Assembly: GCF_009914755.1 (NCBI RefSeq)
Contig: NC_060947.1
Strand: one strand, 5' to 3'
From: the human T2T-CHM13v2.0 reference genome, Homo sapiens
DNA length: 64,000 nucleotides
Shown here one piece after another: positions 46,456 to 60,675 of the stretch. How positions within the stretch are numbered: position 1 is the stretch's first letter; each line of letters begins with the position of its first letter. The translations under genes were made by a program, and so were the position numbers. The notes beneath the pieces were generated by a model. The model was not told the origin of the DNA. It saw only the letters and a program-made list of their open reading frames with translations, and searched no databases.

Positions 46456-46555
46456 GAAAGAAGCCATCTCCATAAGGTGAAGCAGCAAGTGCCAATGTAG
46501 AAGGTGCAGTCACTTATCCAGAAGATCTAGCTAATGTAAATGGTGAAGATGTCTA

Positions 46556-47003
<448 letters not shown>

Positions 47004-48153
47004 CTAACTTCAAAACTTGAAAGGACAGGCTGACTCTCATTTAAAAGGCAGATGCAGCTGGTGATTTTAAGTTGAAGCCAACGTCCATTTACCATTCTGT
47101 CTAAAAATTCCAGGGCCCCTCCAAAATTATGCTAAATCTACTGTGTCTGTGCTCTATAAATAGAACAACAAAGCCTGAATGAGAGCACATCTATTTACGG
47201 CATGGTCTACTGAATATTTTAAACCCACTGTTGAGACCTACTGCTCAGGAAATAAGATTTCTTTCAACATATGACTGTTCATTGATAATATACCTGGCCA
47301 CCCAAGAGCTCTGATGGAGCCATACATAAGATTAATGTTGTTTTCATGCTTGCTAATACAACATTCATTCTGTAGCCCATGAGTCAAAGAGCAATTTTGA
47401 CTTTCACATTTTATTGTTTATGAAACATATTTCAGAAGACCGTAGCTGCCATGGATTGTGATTCCTGTGATGGATCTGGGAAAAGTAAATTGAAAACCTT
47501 CTGAGAAGGAGTCATCATTCTAGATGTCACTAAGAACATCTGTGATTCATAGGAGGCTGTGAAAATATCGATATTAAAAAGAGTTTAAATAAAATTGATT
47601 CCAGCACTCATAGATGATTGAGGGATTCAAGGCTTCAGTGGAGAAAGTAACTGCAGATGTGTTGAAAATAATAAAATAACTAAAATGAGAAGTGGAGCCT
47701 CAAGATGTGACTGGATTGCTAATCTCATAATAAAGCCTCAGTGGATGAAGGGTTGCTTCTTACAGATGAGCAAAGTTGTTTCCTGAGGTGGAAACTAGTT
47801 CTGGTGAAGCTGCTGTGAGCATTGTTGAAGTGACAATAAAGGATTTAGAATGTTCCATAAACTTAATTGGTAAAGTAATGGCAGGGTTTAAGTGCATTGA
47901 CTCCAATTTTGGAAGAAGTGCTAATGTGGTTAAAATGCTATCAAATAGCATCACATGCTATAGAGAAATCTTTCATGAAAGGAACAGTCTATGAGGCATG
48001 ATTCATTTTTGTTTTAGTTTAGGAAATTGCACAGTCACCCCAACCTATAGCAACCACCATCCTGATAGTCAGCAGCCATCAATATCAAGGCAAGACTCTC
48101 CACCAGCAAAAATATGATGACTATCTGAAGGCTCAGTTGGTTGTCAGCATTTC

Positions 48154-48455
<302 letters not shown>

Positions 48456-48652
48456 TAGCATTTTTTATCAATAAAGTATTTTTAATTAAGTACATTTTTA
48501 CACATCTATTGCACACTTAATAGACTGGAAAAGTATGGGCATGTAAAATTTCACATGCATTGGGAAATCAAAGTTTGTGTGACTCAATGTATTGTGGTAT
48601 TTGCCTTTGTGGTGGTCTGGAAACAACCCACAATATCTCTGAGGCATGCCTG

Positions 48653-49086
48653 TGTTTATGTGTGTGTGTGTGTGTGTACATATATATGTATACACACGTG
48701 TGTGTATGTATACACACGTGTGTATACGTATACACACGTATACACACATATACACACATATTATCTGGAGAAGATCAAATCAGCCAGAACATTCCCTTAA
48801 GCCAAAACCTAGTCCACATCAAGGTAATAACTCTCTTCAATTCTAGGAAGGCTGAGAGAGGTGAGGTATTTATACACATACATGCATATATATATGTATG
48901 CACACACACATATGCATACATATACATGCATGTATGTGTATGAATACATGTATACATATATACATGTATATATACATATATGTATGTATATGTGTACATA
49001 TATGCACACACATATACATATATACATACATATGTATGTATATGTGAACATATTTTTATATATATTTGTGTGTGTATATATATATA
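48653..49086. repeat. Compound TG/TA/CA microsatellite containing a 106-bp Tigger1-derived insert (48761-48866)
   Basis: Read directly; insert matches 42368-42473. Confidence 0.95.
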
Positions 49087-50977
49087 AAACATAGCTAGTC
49101 TGTAGTAGAAATAGAACACATGTTTCTAAACTCATGCTGGGCTTATCCCAAGTCCATCAAAACTGCTAAAGGTTTGTTAAAATTTTTCATTTTAATAGAG
49201 TGGTCTTAGTCACAGTCATACAAATGTCAAATATCACATGTTTAATATAAAAATAACACCATATTGTAAAGTATATCATGCATCTTATTTTGACAGGTTT
49301 TTAAAAACTGTTTTGGTTAAGATTGTGACCTGGGCCTGTAGTATTCTTTATTGTTTATGCTGCATCATTAGAAACATGAATGTCACTGATTTAGGTGGCA
49401 CGAGGGAGAGGGACGGCTGGAAAATAGGACAGATGAGAAGAATTATTGAACTGCACCAGACCAAGGAGGATTCATCAAGAGAATAATGATTATTTATGAG
49501 GCAACTCTCAAGTACTCCCACTTTTCACCTACTAGTAGTATATAAATTTAAGGTAAGTCACCTCACTGTGGACATAGAAAAACAAAGAACATTTTATTGT
49601 CAATTGGACATACTTGAATACGTATTCATCATAATTTACTCTAAGTTCATATCTCACATACATTTTTAAGGAAAAAATGTAGATGTTTATAAATTTATTT
49701 TTATAAATAATTTTGCTTTTCTCATTACAGGTAGTAGATATTAATTGTAAAATTAAAAACATGTATATTTACAATAATAAAACTTAGTTATTAAGCTCAA
49801 TAATATTTTAGAGCCATTACATCTAGTCTTTTTATAATATATTCACAGAGGTATGCATATACATGCATCCACACATGAACATATATTATTTAAATGTTAT
49901 TAAAATGTTATAACTTGCTGTTTAGGGTCTAACATGATATTTTTAGTATTTCCCAGGTCATTGGAAATTCTAAGTAACATTGTGATGAATATATACAAGA
50001 CCATAATATAATATCACGGGTTCTTTACCCATTCTTCTACTGTTGGATATCTAACTTGCTTCTCAATTTTCTATTGTCAACACTGTTGTTGTTACAATTT
50101 TGGTATATTAATTATTTTATGTTTCTGATTATTTATTTAAAGTATTTTCCTCCAAATTACTGATGTCGTTTTTAAGGTTTCTGACTGATCTCAGCTTTGC
50201 GGTTATGATACGAAGCTCAGGTATTAAGCTGATTTGCTCACATTTTCAGTATGCTTCCACCAAATCAGCTTAGGCTACTGTGGCCAAAAGACCTAGGTTT
50301 CAGCCACAGGTATGGTTAAATGCATGACTTTTAGCAATTGTTTTTTGTAATTGTTTTAGATTGATAATTCTTTCTCCCTAACAATTCTACATATTATATT
50401 AAGAAATGCCATATTTCAAAAAATGATGCTGAATTTAAACATACCCTAAAAGAATAGATTTAGATGGCACACATCATACTTTCTCTCTTACTTTTTGATA
50501 ATGGATCATAATTTAAAACTTTTTTGTTCACTTTCAGAAGACTAGTCCAAGCATTAAATTTAGGATTGAACTAGACAGCCCCAAGTTTTACTGAATGACT
50601 GAGTGTGATGGTTAATACTGAGTGTCAACTCGATTGAAGAATGCAAAGTACTGATCCTGGGTTTGTCTGTTGGGGTGTTGCCAAAGGAGATTAACATTTC
50701 AATCAGTGGGCTGGGGAAGACAAACCCACCCTTAATCTAGTGAGCACAATCGAATCAGCTGCCAGCGAATATAAAGCAGGCAGAAAAACCTGAATAAGAG
50801 AGACTGGCCTAGCCTCCCAGCCTACGTCTTTCTCCCAGGCTGGATGCTTCCTGTCCTCAAACATCAGACTCCAGGTTCTTCAGTTTCGAAATTCAGACTG
50901 GCTCTCCTTGCTCCTCAGTCTGAAGACAGCCTATTGTGGGACCTTGTGATCATGTGAGTTAATACTTAGTAAACTCC

Positions 50978-51029
<52 letters not shown>

Positions 51030-51070
51030 TTAGTTCTGTCCCTCTAGAGAACCCTGACTAATACAAATTT

Positions 51071-51088
51071 TGGTACCAGGAGTGGCTC
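51071..51088 (+). promoter_or_regulatory. Primer-binding site (tRNA-Leu type)
   Basis: tggtaccaggagtggctc just 3' of the 5' LTR. Confidence 0.75.
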
Positions 51089-51164
51089 TAGAGGAATAGA
51101 ATATTAAGGATGGACTTTTTTCGTTGGTTTTGAGGTTTCTGGAGTTGACTGCTTAATACAATTA

Positions 51165-52950
51165 GACCTAAAAATGCTAAGGACTCTACTTCTAATAGTA
51201 TGCAGAACACTGACAGTCCTTGGCATGAACTGTTTAGAGAGTTATGCAAAATAAATGCATTTGACACTCCTGATTCATTGCTCATGGGAGGCAAGGAGTT
51301 TAGTGACTCTATACATAATATGTTTGACCATATGTGGAGAACCAAGAAACATAATGAAGCTGGCTGGTTGCTCCTAAGTTCAGTAGACAAAGTGATGAAA
51401 GAAAATGATGAACTCGGGGATTCTATCCCTGAATTCAGAAGCAGATACTGAGCCTCAAATTCTCTAAGATTGCCCTGAGCGAGAGTCTCATCTCCTGTGG
51501 AAAAACAGCAGAAATTGTGGAAAAACAGACACAAGCTCTTATCATGCAAGTAGCTGATCTGTAAGGAAAGGTGTATGCACAGTCTTGCCAGGTGTCTATT
51601 GTTAAAGTGAGGACATTGATTGGAAAAGAATGGGACCCTGCAACTTGGAATGGGGACATGTCCCCCAATGAAGCTGGGGACACTGAGTTTTGTAAACTCT
51701 GATGAACCTTTTTTTGCCAGAAGAAACAGCTTCCCTATCCCCAGTAGTGGCAACGTCCCCTCCCTGACCCATGCTGCCATCAGCCTTCATCCTTGTCGGA
51801 GGAGATAAACCCTGTGCTGCCTGAGGCAACAGTGATGGCCTCCTCTGAGGCAGTTGTCAGGCAAGATAATGTTGATTCTCCTCAGGACTCATCTCCAACA
51901 CCCCTGTTTGCTTCTAGACCTACAACTAGACTAAAGTCCAGGCAGGACCCTAGAGGTGAGGGTCTGAGTGTGACCCATGAGGAGGTGTGCTACGCTTGAA
52001 AATAACTGCTTCAGTTTTCTAATTTATATAAACAGAAATCTGGGGAACAGGTATTGGAATGGATATTAAGGGTGTGGGATAATGGTGGAAAGAACATAGA
52101 GTTGGATCAAGCTGAATTTATTGATTTGGACCTGCTAAGTAGGAACTCTGCATTTAATGTCACAGCTCAGGGAGTTAAAAAAAGATTCTAATAGTTTATT
52201 TTCTTGGTTAGCTGAAATATGGACTAAAAGATGTCCCATTGTGAGCGAGCTGGAAATGCCTGATCTCCCTTGGTTTTATGTAAAGGAAGGGATCCAAAGG
52301 CTTAGGGAGATTGGGATGGTGGAATACATTAGTCACTTTAGACCTATTCATCCCAGCTGAGAGGTCCAGAAGATATACCCTTGACCAATACCTTCTGAAA
52401 TAGATTTTTGAGGGCAGCACCTGCATCTTTGAAGAGCCCTGTAATTGCTCTTCTCTGTATGTCAGATCTAACATGGGAACTGCAGTCACTGAACTTCAAA
52501 ATTTAAATACAATGGGAATGATTGGATCCCAAAGTGGCAGTGGCCAAGTTGCAGCACTCAACTGTCAAAAGCAAGGTGGGCGTAGCTACCATAATAGACA
52601 GCAGAGGCAAAGCAGCAATCAGAATAGTCTGACTCAGGTAGAGCTCTGGCTTTGGTAATTAATTACAGTGTTCCTAGAAGTGAAATTGATAGGAAGCCTA
52701 CTGCATTCCTACTTAATTTATGTAAGCAGAAAACGTCTAGGTTGAGTAGACAAAAGGCTAATTTGAATTATAAAAACAAACAGAATCATGACCCTTCAAT
52801 CAATTTCCAGACTTGAGCAAGTTTGCAGACACAGAATCCCTTGAATGAAGAAAAGGCCAGGTCCCCTTGAGGAAGGACACCACTACATTACCAACAACTT
52901 ATGCAGTGAATCTTTCTCCCACCCTTCCCCAAGGAGACCTCTGGCTTTTT
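51165..52950 (+). pseudogene. gag: HERV-L gag, disrupted
   Basis: Fragments TDSPWHELFRELCKIN and ELEMPDLPWF..EGIQRLREIGM; stops and frameshifts; ends approximate. Confidence 0.85.
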
Positions 52951-52959
52951 ACCTGAGCA

Positions 52960-55850
52960 CATTTGCATTGGAAAGGGAAATGATCAGACATTTCGGGGAC
53001 TACTAGACACTGGCTCTGAGCTGATGTTGATTCCAGTGGATGCAAAATATCATTGTGGTCCCCCAGTTAAAGTAGGGGCTTATTGAGGTCAGGTAATTAA
53101 TGGATTTTTACCTCAGATCCAACTTACAATGGGTCCAGTGGGTCCCCAGTCTCCTCCTGTGGTCATTTATCCAGTGCCAGAATGCATAATTGGCATAGAC
53201 ATACTTAGCAGCTGGCAGAACCCACCCCCCGTTGGCTTCCTGACTGGGAGAGTGAGGGCTATTATGATGGGAAAGGCCAAATGGAGGCCATTAGAGGTGT
53301 CTCTACCTAGAAAGATAGTAAATCAAAAACAATATCACATCCATGGAGGGACCGTGGAGATTAGTGTCACCTTCAAGGAGTTGAAAGATGCAGGAGTAGT
53401 GATTCCCACCATATTCCTGTTTAACTCTCCCATTTGGCCTGTGCAGAAGACAGATGGAACTTGTGGATCTTGGAGAATGACAGTGGATTATTGTAAGCTT
53501 AACCAAGTGGTGACTCCGACAGTAGCTGCCGTATTAGATGTGGTTTCATTGCTTGAGCAAATTTACACATCTCCTGGTACCTGGTATGTAGCCAATGACT
53601 TGACAAATGCCTTTTTCTCCATTACTGTTCATAAGGCCCACCAGAAGCAATCTGCCTTCAGCTGGCAAGGCCAGCAATATACCTTTACCGTCCTACCTCA
53701 GGGGTATATCAAGTCTCCAGCTTTGTGTCAATCTTATTCAGAAAGAGCTTGATCGCTTTTCACTTCCACAAGGTATCACACTGGTTCATTCCATTGATGA
53801 CATTATGCTGATTGGATCCAGTGAGCAAGAAGTAGCAAACACACTGGACTTATTGTGTGTCAGAAGATGGAAAATAAATCTGACTAAGATTCAGGGATCT
53901 TCTACCTCAGTAAAATTTCTAGGGGCCCAGTGGTGTGGGGCCTGTTGAGATATTCCTTCTAATGTGAAGGATGAGTTTGGTGCATTTGGCGCCTCCTACG
54001 ACCAAGAAAGAGGCACAATGCCTAGTGGGCCTGTTTGGATTTTGGGGCAACACATTTCTCATTTGGGTGTGTTACTCCAGCCCACTTATTGAGTGACCCA
54101 AAAGGCTGTCAGTTTTGAGTGGGGTCCTGAATAGAAGAAGGCTCTGCAACTGGTCCAGGCTGCTATGCAAGCTGCTCTGCCACTTGGGCCATATGACCCA
54201 GCAGATCCAATGGTGTTTGAAGTATCAGTGGCAGATTGGGATGCTGTTTGGAGCCTTTGGCAGGGTCCCATAGGTGAGTCACAGCAGAGGCCTCTAGGAT
54301 TTTGGAGCAAGGTCCTGCCATCTTCTGCAGATAAGTACTCTCCTTTTGAGAGACAGCTCTTGGACTGTTACCGGGCTTTAGTGGAAACTGAACGTTTGAC
54401 TATGGGTCATCAAGTCACCATGTGACCTGAATTTTCTATCATTAACTGGGTGCTTTCTGACCCATCTAGCCACAAAGTGGGTCATGCACAGCACCATTCC
54501 TTCATCACATGGAAGTGGTATACACGTGATTGGTCTCGAGCAGGTCCTGAAGGCACAAGTAAGTTATATGAGGAAGTGGCTCAAATGCCCATGGTCTCCA
54601 CTCTTGCCACCCTGTCTTCTCTCCCTCAGCCTGCACCAATGGTCTCATAGGGAGTTCCCTATGATCAGTTGACAGAGGAAGAGAAGACTAGGGCCTGGTT
54701 CACAGATGGTTCTGCACGATATGCAGGCACCATCCGAAGGTGGACAGCTGCAGCACTACAGCCCCTTTCTAGGACATCCCTGAAGGAGAGCGGTGAAGGG
54801 AAATCTTCCCAGTGGGCAGAAGTTCGAGCAGTGCACCTTGTTGTGCATTTTACATGGAAGGAGAAATGGCCAGATGTGCGATTATATACTGATTCATGGG
54901 CTATAGCTGATGGTTTGGCTGGATGATCAAGGACTTGGAAGAAGCATGATTGGAAAATTGGTGACAAATAAATTTGGGGAAGAGATGTGTGGATGGACCT
55001 CTCTGAGTGAGTGGCCAAAAACTGTGAAAATATTGGTATCCCGTGTGAGTGCTCACCAACGGGTGACCTCAGCAGAGGAGAATTTTAATAATCAGGTGGA
55101 TGAGATAAGCCATTCTGTGGACACCACTCAGCCTCTTTCCCCAGCCACCCCTGTCATTGCCCAATGGGCCCATGAACAAAGTGGCCATGGTGGCAGAGAT
55201 AGAGGTTACGAATGGGCTCAGCAACATGTACTTCCACTCACCAAGGCTGACCTGGCTACAGCCACTGCTGATGCCCAATTTGCCAGCAGCAGAGACCAAC
55301 AATGAGTACTTGATATAGCACCATTCCTTGGGGTGATCAGCCGCTACCTGGTGGAAGGTTGATTATATTTGACCTCTTCCGTCATGGAAAGGGCAGAGGT
55401 TTGTCCTCATTGGAATAGACTCTTATTCTGGATATGGGCTTGGCTATCCTGTACACAATGCTTCTGCAAAGAATACAATTCGTGGACTCACAGAATGCCT
55501 TATCCACCATCATGCTATTTCCCATAGCATTGCCTCTGACCAAGGCACTCACTTTACAGCTAAAGAACTGTGGCAATGGGCTCGTGCTCATGGAATTCAC
55601 TAGTCTTATCATGCTCCCCATCATCCTGAAGCAGCTGGATTGATAGAATGGTGGAATGGCCTTTTGAAGTCACAATTACAATGCCAACTAGGTGACAATA
55701 CTTTGCAGGGCTGAGGCAAAGTTCTCCAGAAGGCTATGTATGCTCTGAATCAGCATTCAGTATATGGTACTGTTTCTCCTATAGCCAAAGGATTCATGGT
55801 TCCAGGAATCAAGGGGTGGAAGTGGAAGTGGCACCACACACATCATTGCT
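52960..55850 (+). pseudogene. pol: HERV-L pro-pol, disrupted
   Basis: Protease LDTGS at 53003; RT NSPIWPVQK..WRMTVDY, LPQGY, HSIDD; RNase H AWFTDGSA..LYTDSW; integrase remnants. Confidence 0.92.
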
Positions 55851-55859
55851 AGTGATCCA

Positions 55860-56200
55860 CTAGCAAAATTTTTGCTTCCTGTTCCTGCCACATTACATTC
55901 TGCTGGTCTAGAGGTCTGAGTTCTGGAGGGAGGAACACTGCCACCAGGAGACACAACAACAATTCCATTAAACTGGAAGTTACCATTGCCGCGTGGACAC
56001 TTTGGGCTCCTCCTACCTTTAAGTCAACAGGCTAAGAAGGGAGTTACAGTGTTGGCCAGGATGATTGACCTGGACTATCAAGATGAAATCAGTCTACTAC
56101 TCTATAACGGAGGTAAGGAAGATTATGCATGGAATATAGGAGATCCCTTAGGGGATCTCAGTATTACCATACCCTGTTATTAAAGTCAATGTGAAACTAC
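55860..56200 (+). pseudogene. dut: HERV-L dUTPase, disrupted
   Basis: GHFGLLLP..KKGVTVLA.MIDLDYQDEI motifs after the integrase. Confidence 0.85.
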
Positions 56201-57087
56201 AACAGCCCAGTCCAGGAAGGACTACAAATGGTCCAGACCTCTCAGGAATGAAGGTTTGGGTCACACCACCAGAAAAAAAAAAAAAAAAATGACCAGCTGA
56301 GGTGCTTACTGAAAGCAAAGGGAATGCAGAATGAATGGCTAGTAGAAGAAAGTAGTAATCAATACCAGCTATAACCACGTGACAAGCTGCAGAAATGAGG
56401 ACTGTAACTGTCATGAGTATTTCTTCCTCCTTTTCTTAAAAACATATTTGTGCATGTACACACTTGTACTAAGAAAATATCTTCACTTTATTTCCTTTTC
56501 CTTTATCATGTGACATAAGATTTATTGACTTCATATCAGCATTTACATATTGATAACTTCATGTAATGGTATTTGCATTGGGGATTGGTGCATTTCTGGT
56601 TGCATGAAGGAGAATTGTATTATGTTAGTTATAATTATGGCCTTATCGTCCTTATTTGAAGATTGTGTATGATCTCAGGAGATGTGTATTGGTTCAAGTT
56701 GACAAGGGATAGACTTGTGATGGTTAATACTGAGTGTCAATTTGTTCGAAGGATGCAAAGTACTGATCCTGGGTGTGTCTGTGAGGGTGTTGCCAAAGGA
56801 GGTTAACATTTGAGTCAGTGGGCTGGGGAAGGCAGACCCACCCTTAATGTGGTGGGCACAATCTAATCAGCTGCTAGAAAATATAAAGTAGGCAGAAAAA
56901 AGCAAAAAGGAGAGACTGGACTAGCCTCCCAGCCTGCATCTTTCTCTGGTGCTGGATGCTTCCTGCCCCCAACATCGGACTCCAAGTTCTTTAGTTTTGG
57001 ATCTCAGACTGGCTCTCCTTGATCCTCAGCCTGCAGACAGCCTATTGTGGGACCTTCTGATCATGTAAGCTAATACCTAATAAACTC

Positions 57088-57089
<2 letters not shown>

Positions 57090-57154
<65 letters not shown>

Positions 57155-57360
57155 TACATATATATGTGTATATATATACACATATATATGTATGTGTATA
57201 TATACACATATATATGTATGTGTATATATACACACATATGTGTGTGTATATATACACACATATGTGTGTGTATATATATACACACATATGTGTGTGTATA
57301 TATATACACACATATATATGTATGTGTGTGTATATATATATCATATAACATATATACATG
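57090..57360. repeat. Expanded TA/CA/TG tract in the 3' LTR
   Basis: Read directly; the 5' LTR has only a ~46-bp (TA)n at 50981-51026. Confidence 0.95.
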
Positions 57361-58694
57361 TTCCATTAGTTCTGTCCCTCTAGAGAACCCTGACTAATAC
57401 ACTGAGCTAATTGCAGCTCATTTTAAAGTTTTTTTTTAAATCAAGACAAGAGTAGGAGGTTTTTTTTTATCAACACACTTTGGGTCTTAGATTCAGAAGA
57501 ACATCTACAAACACAATCAAATCCTAGGATTTCTGCCACTTCACTGTAACAATTTCTCAACCTTTCTTCCCCTAGATCATCCAGAAGCCAGAAGCTTATC
57601 TTGCAAGTAAGATCTGCTTACAGACCCAACGGCAGCTTCTAGTTTGTCTTTCCTGAGCATCTTTCCACTTTAAAGAGGAAAGAAAGACAAGTAATATGCA
57701 CTAAGTGTATACCAGGTGTTCTCCCATATGTAACTTCATCCTCAGGTTTCCCCTGAAAAGTAAAGATTATCAGTGGCTTTATCAGAGGAGGAAACTGAGG
57801 AATTGAGGTTTTGAAGTAACCTCTGCAACAACACTCAGGTAGCAAGTAGCAGAATGTGTCTGACTCCTCAAGCTGTTTTTTGATGCACGACACGGAGATG
57901 TCTCTAAGCTCCTGACAGTTTTTCTTCTCTGCTTTCAAGTCCTGTTTCTTTGGAAGCCTCTGAACCAGAAATAGAGAGATTACTGTCACACTGTGTCTAC
58001 CCCACTGTCTGCTGCTCACCCACCAAGTCAGCCTTTCCAAACTGGCACTCCCTTCATCCTTCTTGTCATGCTGCAGACTGAAATAGAAAATATGGTGGGA
58101 TTTAAATAATTTTCCTTGCATATTTTCCATAGAACTAGGTTTGTTAAGATAGTGAAAAAAGATGATAGAAAAAAAATACTGCTTAACTTCCTCATGAATT
58201 CAGCTTATAGATTAAGCACATGTTTAAATCTGTGTGTCTCAGGGAACACAAGGAATTCTAATCCCACTTAACATGCACTTGATACACATTTGAAAAATTG
58301 TTCTTATTAAATTATGAATATAAACTCATGCATTAGAACATACACAGATCTTCATAGTATAGAAAAATGACTTCTAAACATTATAGAACTTAGTATAGTA
58401 GCAGAATTTCCATTATTGTTAAAGATCTGAAACTAATTTATTATATAATTTAGTTTCTTTCCGTCTTCTGTGTTTCCTTTGTTTTTCCTTCCATTTTTTT
58501 TTTTTTTTTTTTTTTTTTTGTCCTGAAAACATTTAGTAAGTAGGCCCTGTGTCAGGGCTTGAGAACAATGAGGAGACTAAGTTAGGACATTTACCAAAAT
58601 TCACCCTGTCAACATTTTAGGGGAACATTCATCATTCATAATTGTCAAACATTCATGGAGACAGTAACACCTAGGATTTGTTTAGTATGTTTAA

Positions 58695-59014
<320 letters not shown>

Positions 59015-60675
59015 GTCATTCAATCTTAATAACCACAAAAAGTAGGGCCTCTTATACTCATTTAACTGATGAGGAAACTAAAGTTCAGATAATTTTAGTG
59101 ACTTTCCATAGATCACACAGCAAGCAAGAGGTGGAGTCAAATTAGAATGCTAGTCTGCCTGACTCCAACGTCTGTGGTGAATTATATACCAACCACGGTC
59201 TTTATTTCCCTTTATGCCATAATATTTTTTTCTTGTTTAACTAATTAAACAAACATATTATTTTAGTTACAGAACATTAGATTTAGAAAATCAAGAACCC
59301 TTAGGAAAATATTACATTAGTGTTTTTAATCATAAAACATAACCTAATTAAATCCACTTATCAAACATACATAATTGAAATAAAGAATACCAAGTAGAAG
59401 AAAGTCATTTTATTCAATTGAAAAAACATTTATGGTATCCTATGGGCAAAACACAATTGAGAATATAAAGATTAAAAAGCCATGGACCCCCAGGACTTGG
59501 AGCTTGGAGTCTGACTGGGGAGTCAGAGGCATATAAATGACTTCAGTAACAAAGCTAATGATTTTAAATACAGTAAAAAGAGGTTCAGAAAACATCATGT
59601 GGGATTTGTAGGAAAAGACATATTAGGTCTCCACAGGAACAATTGAGTTATACTTTTTAAAGGGCATTGGATCTAATATTAATTAATTTTTTAATTAATA
59701 AATATTGCTTGAATAAATAGGCAAAAGCCATAGGAGACAGGGTGAACTGTTTGAGCAAAGGTCAAACCTAGTGCTTTTCGACTCTTTTCATTCATGGTCA
59801 CCAATCTGTAGATGACTAAACATGGCAAAATGATCAAATATCGTTATCTAATTTCTCAATAATGACAACATTAAAATTAGAGTGAATATTTAATCACATC
59901 AGTAGGCAAGAGATACCAACAAATTCCTTGCACACAGAAAGCATTAAGAGGTGATGTCCGATGAAGCAGGACAGGAGGAATCATATTATACAAACCCATT
60001 CTCATAATAATCTCATCAATTAGAATCACAGAGAAGCTCATGATTCAGCAGATGTCAATGGTTGGAGGACTGGGAAATTAATGATAAACATGCCACTTGA
60101 TCAATCAAACATCCTTTTTCCTTTACTGAAACTATGATATTTACCGTAGCCAAACACATACCCACTAGGTAAAAAGAGAGAGAGAGAGAGAGAGGGCGGG
60201 GAGAGGGGAGATGCAAGAAAGAGGAGGTAATTCCTTTTAAAATAATTAAACAGCCCTAGAGAAAATTTCTCTTTGTTCCTGGCAATAATCTGTCTCCTGG
60301 TTTAATAATCCACCATTCCTCAAGCCCTGCCCAAGGGTAGAAACAGGTACAGGGCTGAAGACAGTAATATTAAGTCAAAGTCTGCATAAGAAAGAGTTGG
60401 AAAACTAACCTCACTCCTCTGTTAGACTCGCAGAATTCCTGCAATCAATTGCATAGCCTGTAGGCAAGTTAGCCCTGTGTAATATGGGCATGTCACTTGA
60501 CCTTCCCAAACCTAATTTTTCTGACCTGTAAACTGAAAAATATAATATATAACCTCTCTATTAAAGAAACTTCATTAAATCTGATGTGACAAATATTTCA
60601 TTAGAATTATCATATGCTAACATAACATGGAGGAATTAGAATACATAGACTCTGAGTTTGTGAACATCGGGGTGC

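Larger units (their letters stand above)
50604..57401 (+). mobile_element. Full-length HERV-L provirus with MLT2A1-like LTRs (5' LTR 50604-51065, 3' LTR 56716-57401)
   Basis: TG..CA LTRs, perfect TSD ctgag at 50599 and 57402, PBS, gag-pro-pol-dut order, no env. Confidence 0.96.

Noticed and set aside
51088-51780. 230-aa minus-strand ORF
   Set aside because: Antisense to decayed HERV-L gag; no recognisable domain.
53129-53948. RT-encoding ORFs as a possible novel or domesticated RT system
   Set aside because: Ordinary HERV-L pol with a frameshift and stops; catalytic motif reads HSIDD.
57639-58130. 163-aa ORF in semi-unique DNA
   Set aside because: No recognisable motif, and it runs through a MIR-like segment; probably chance.
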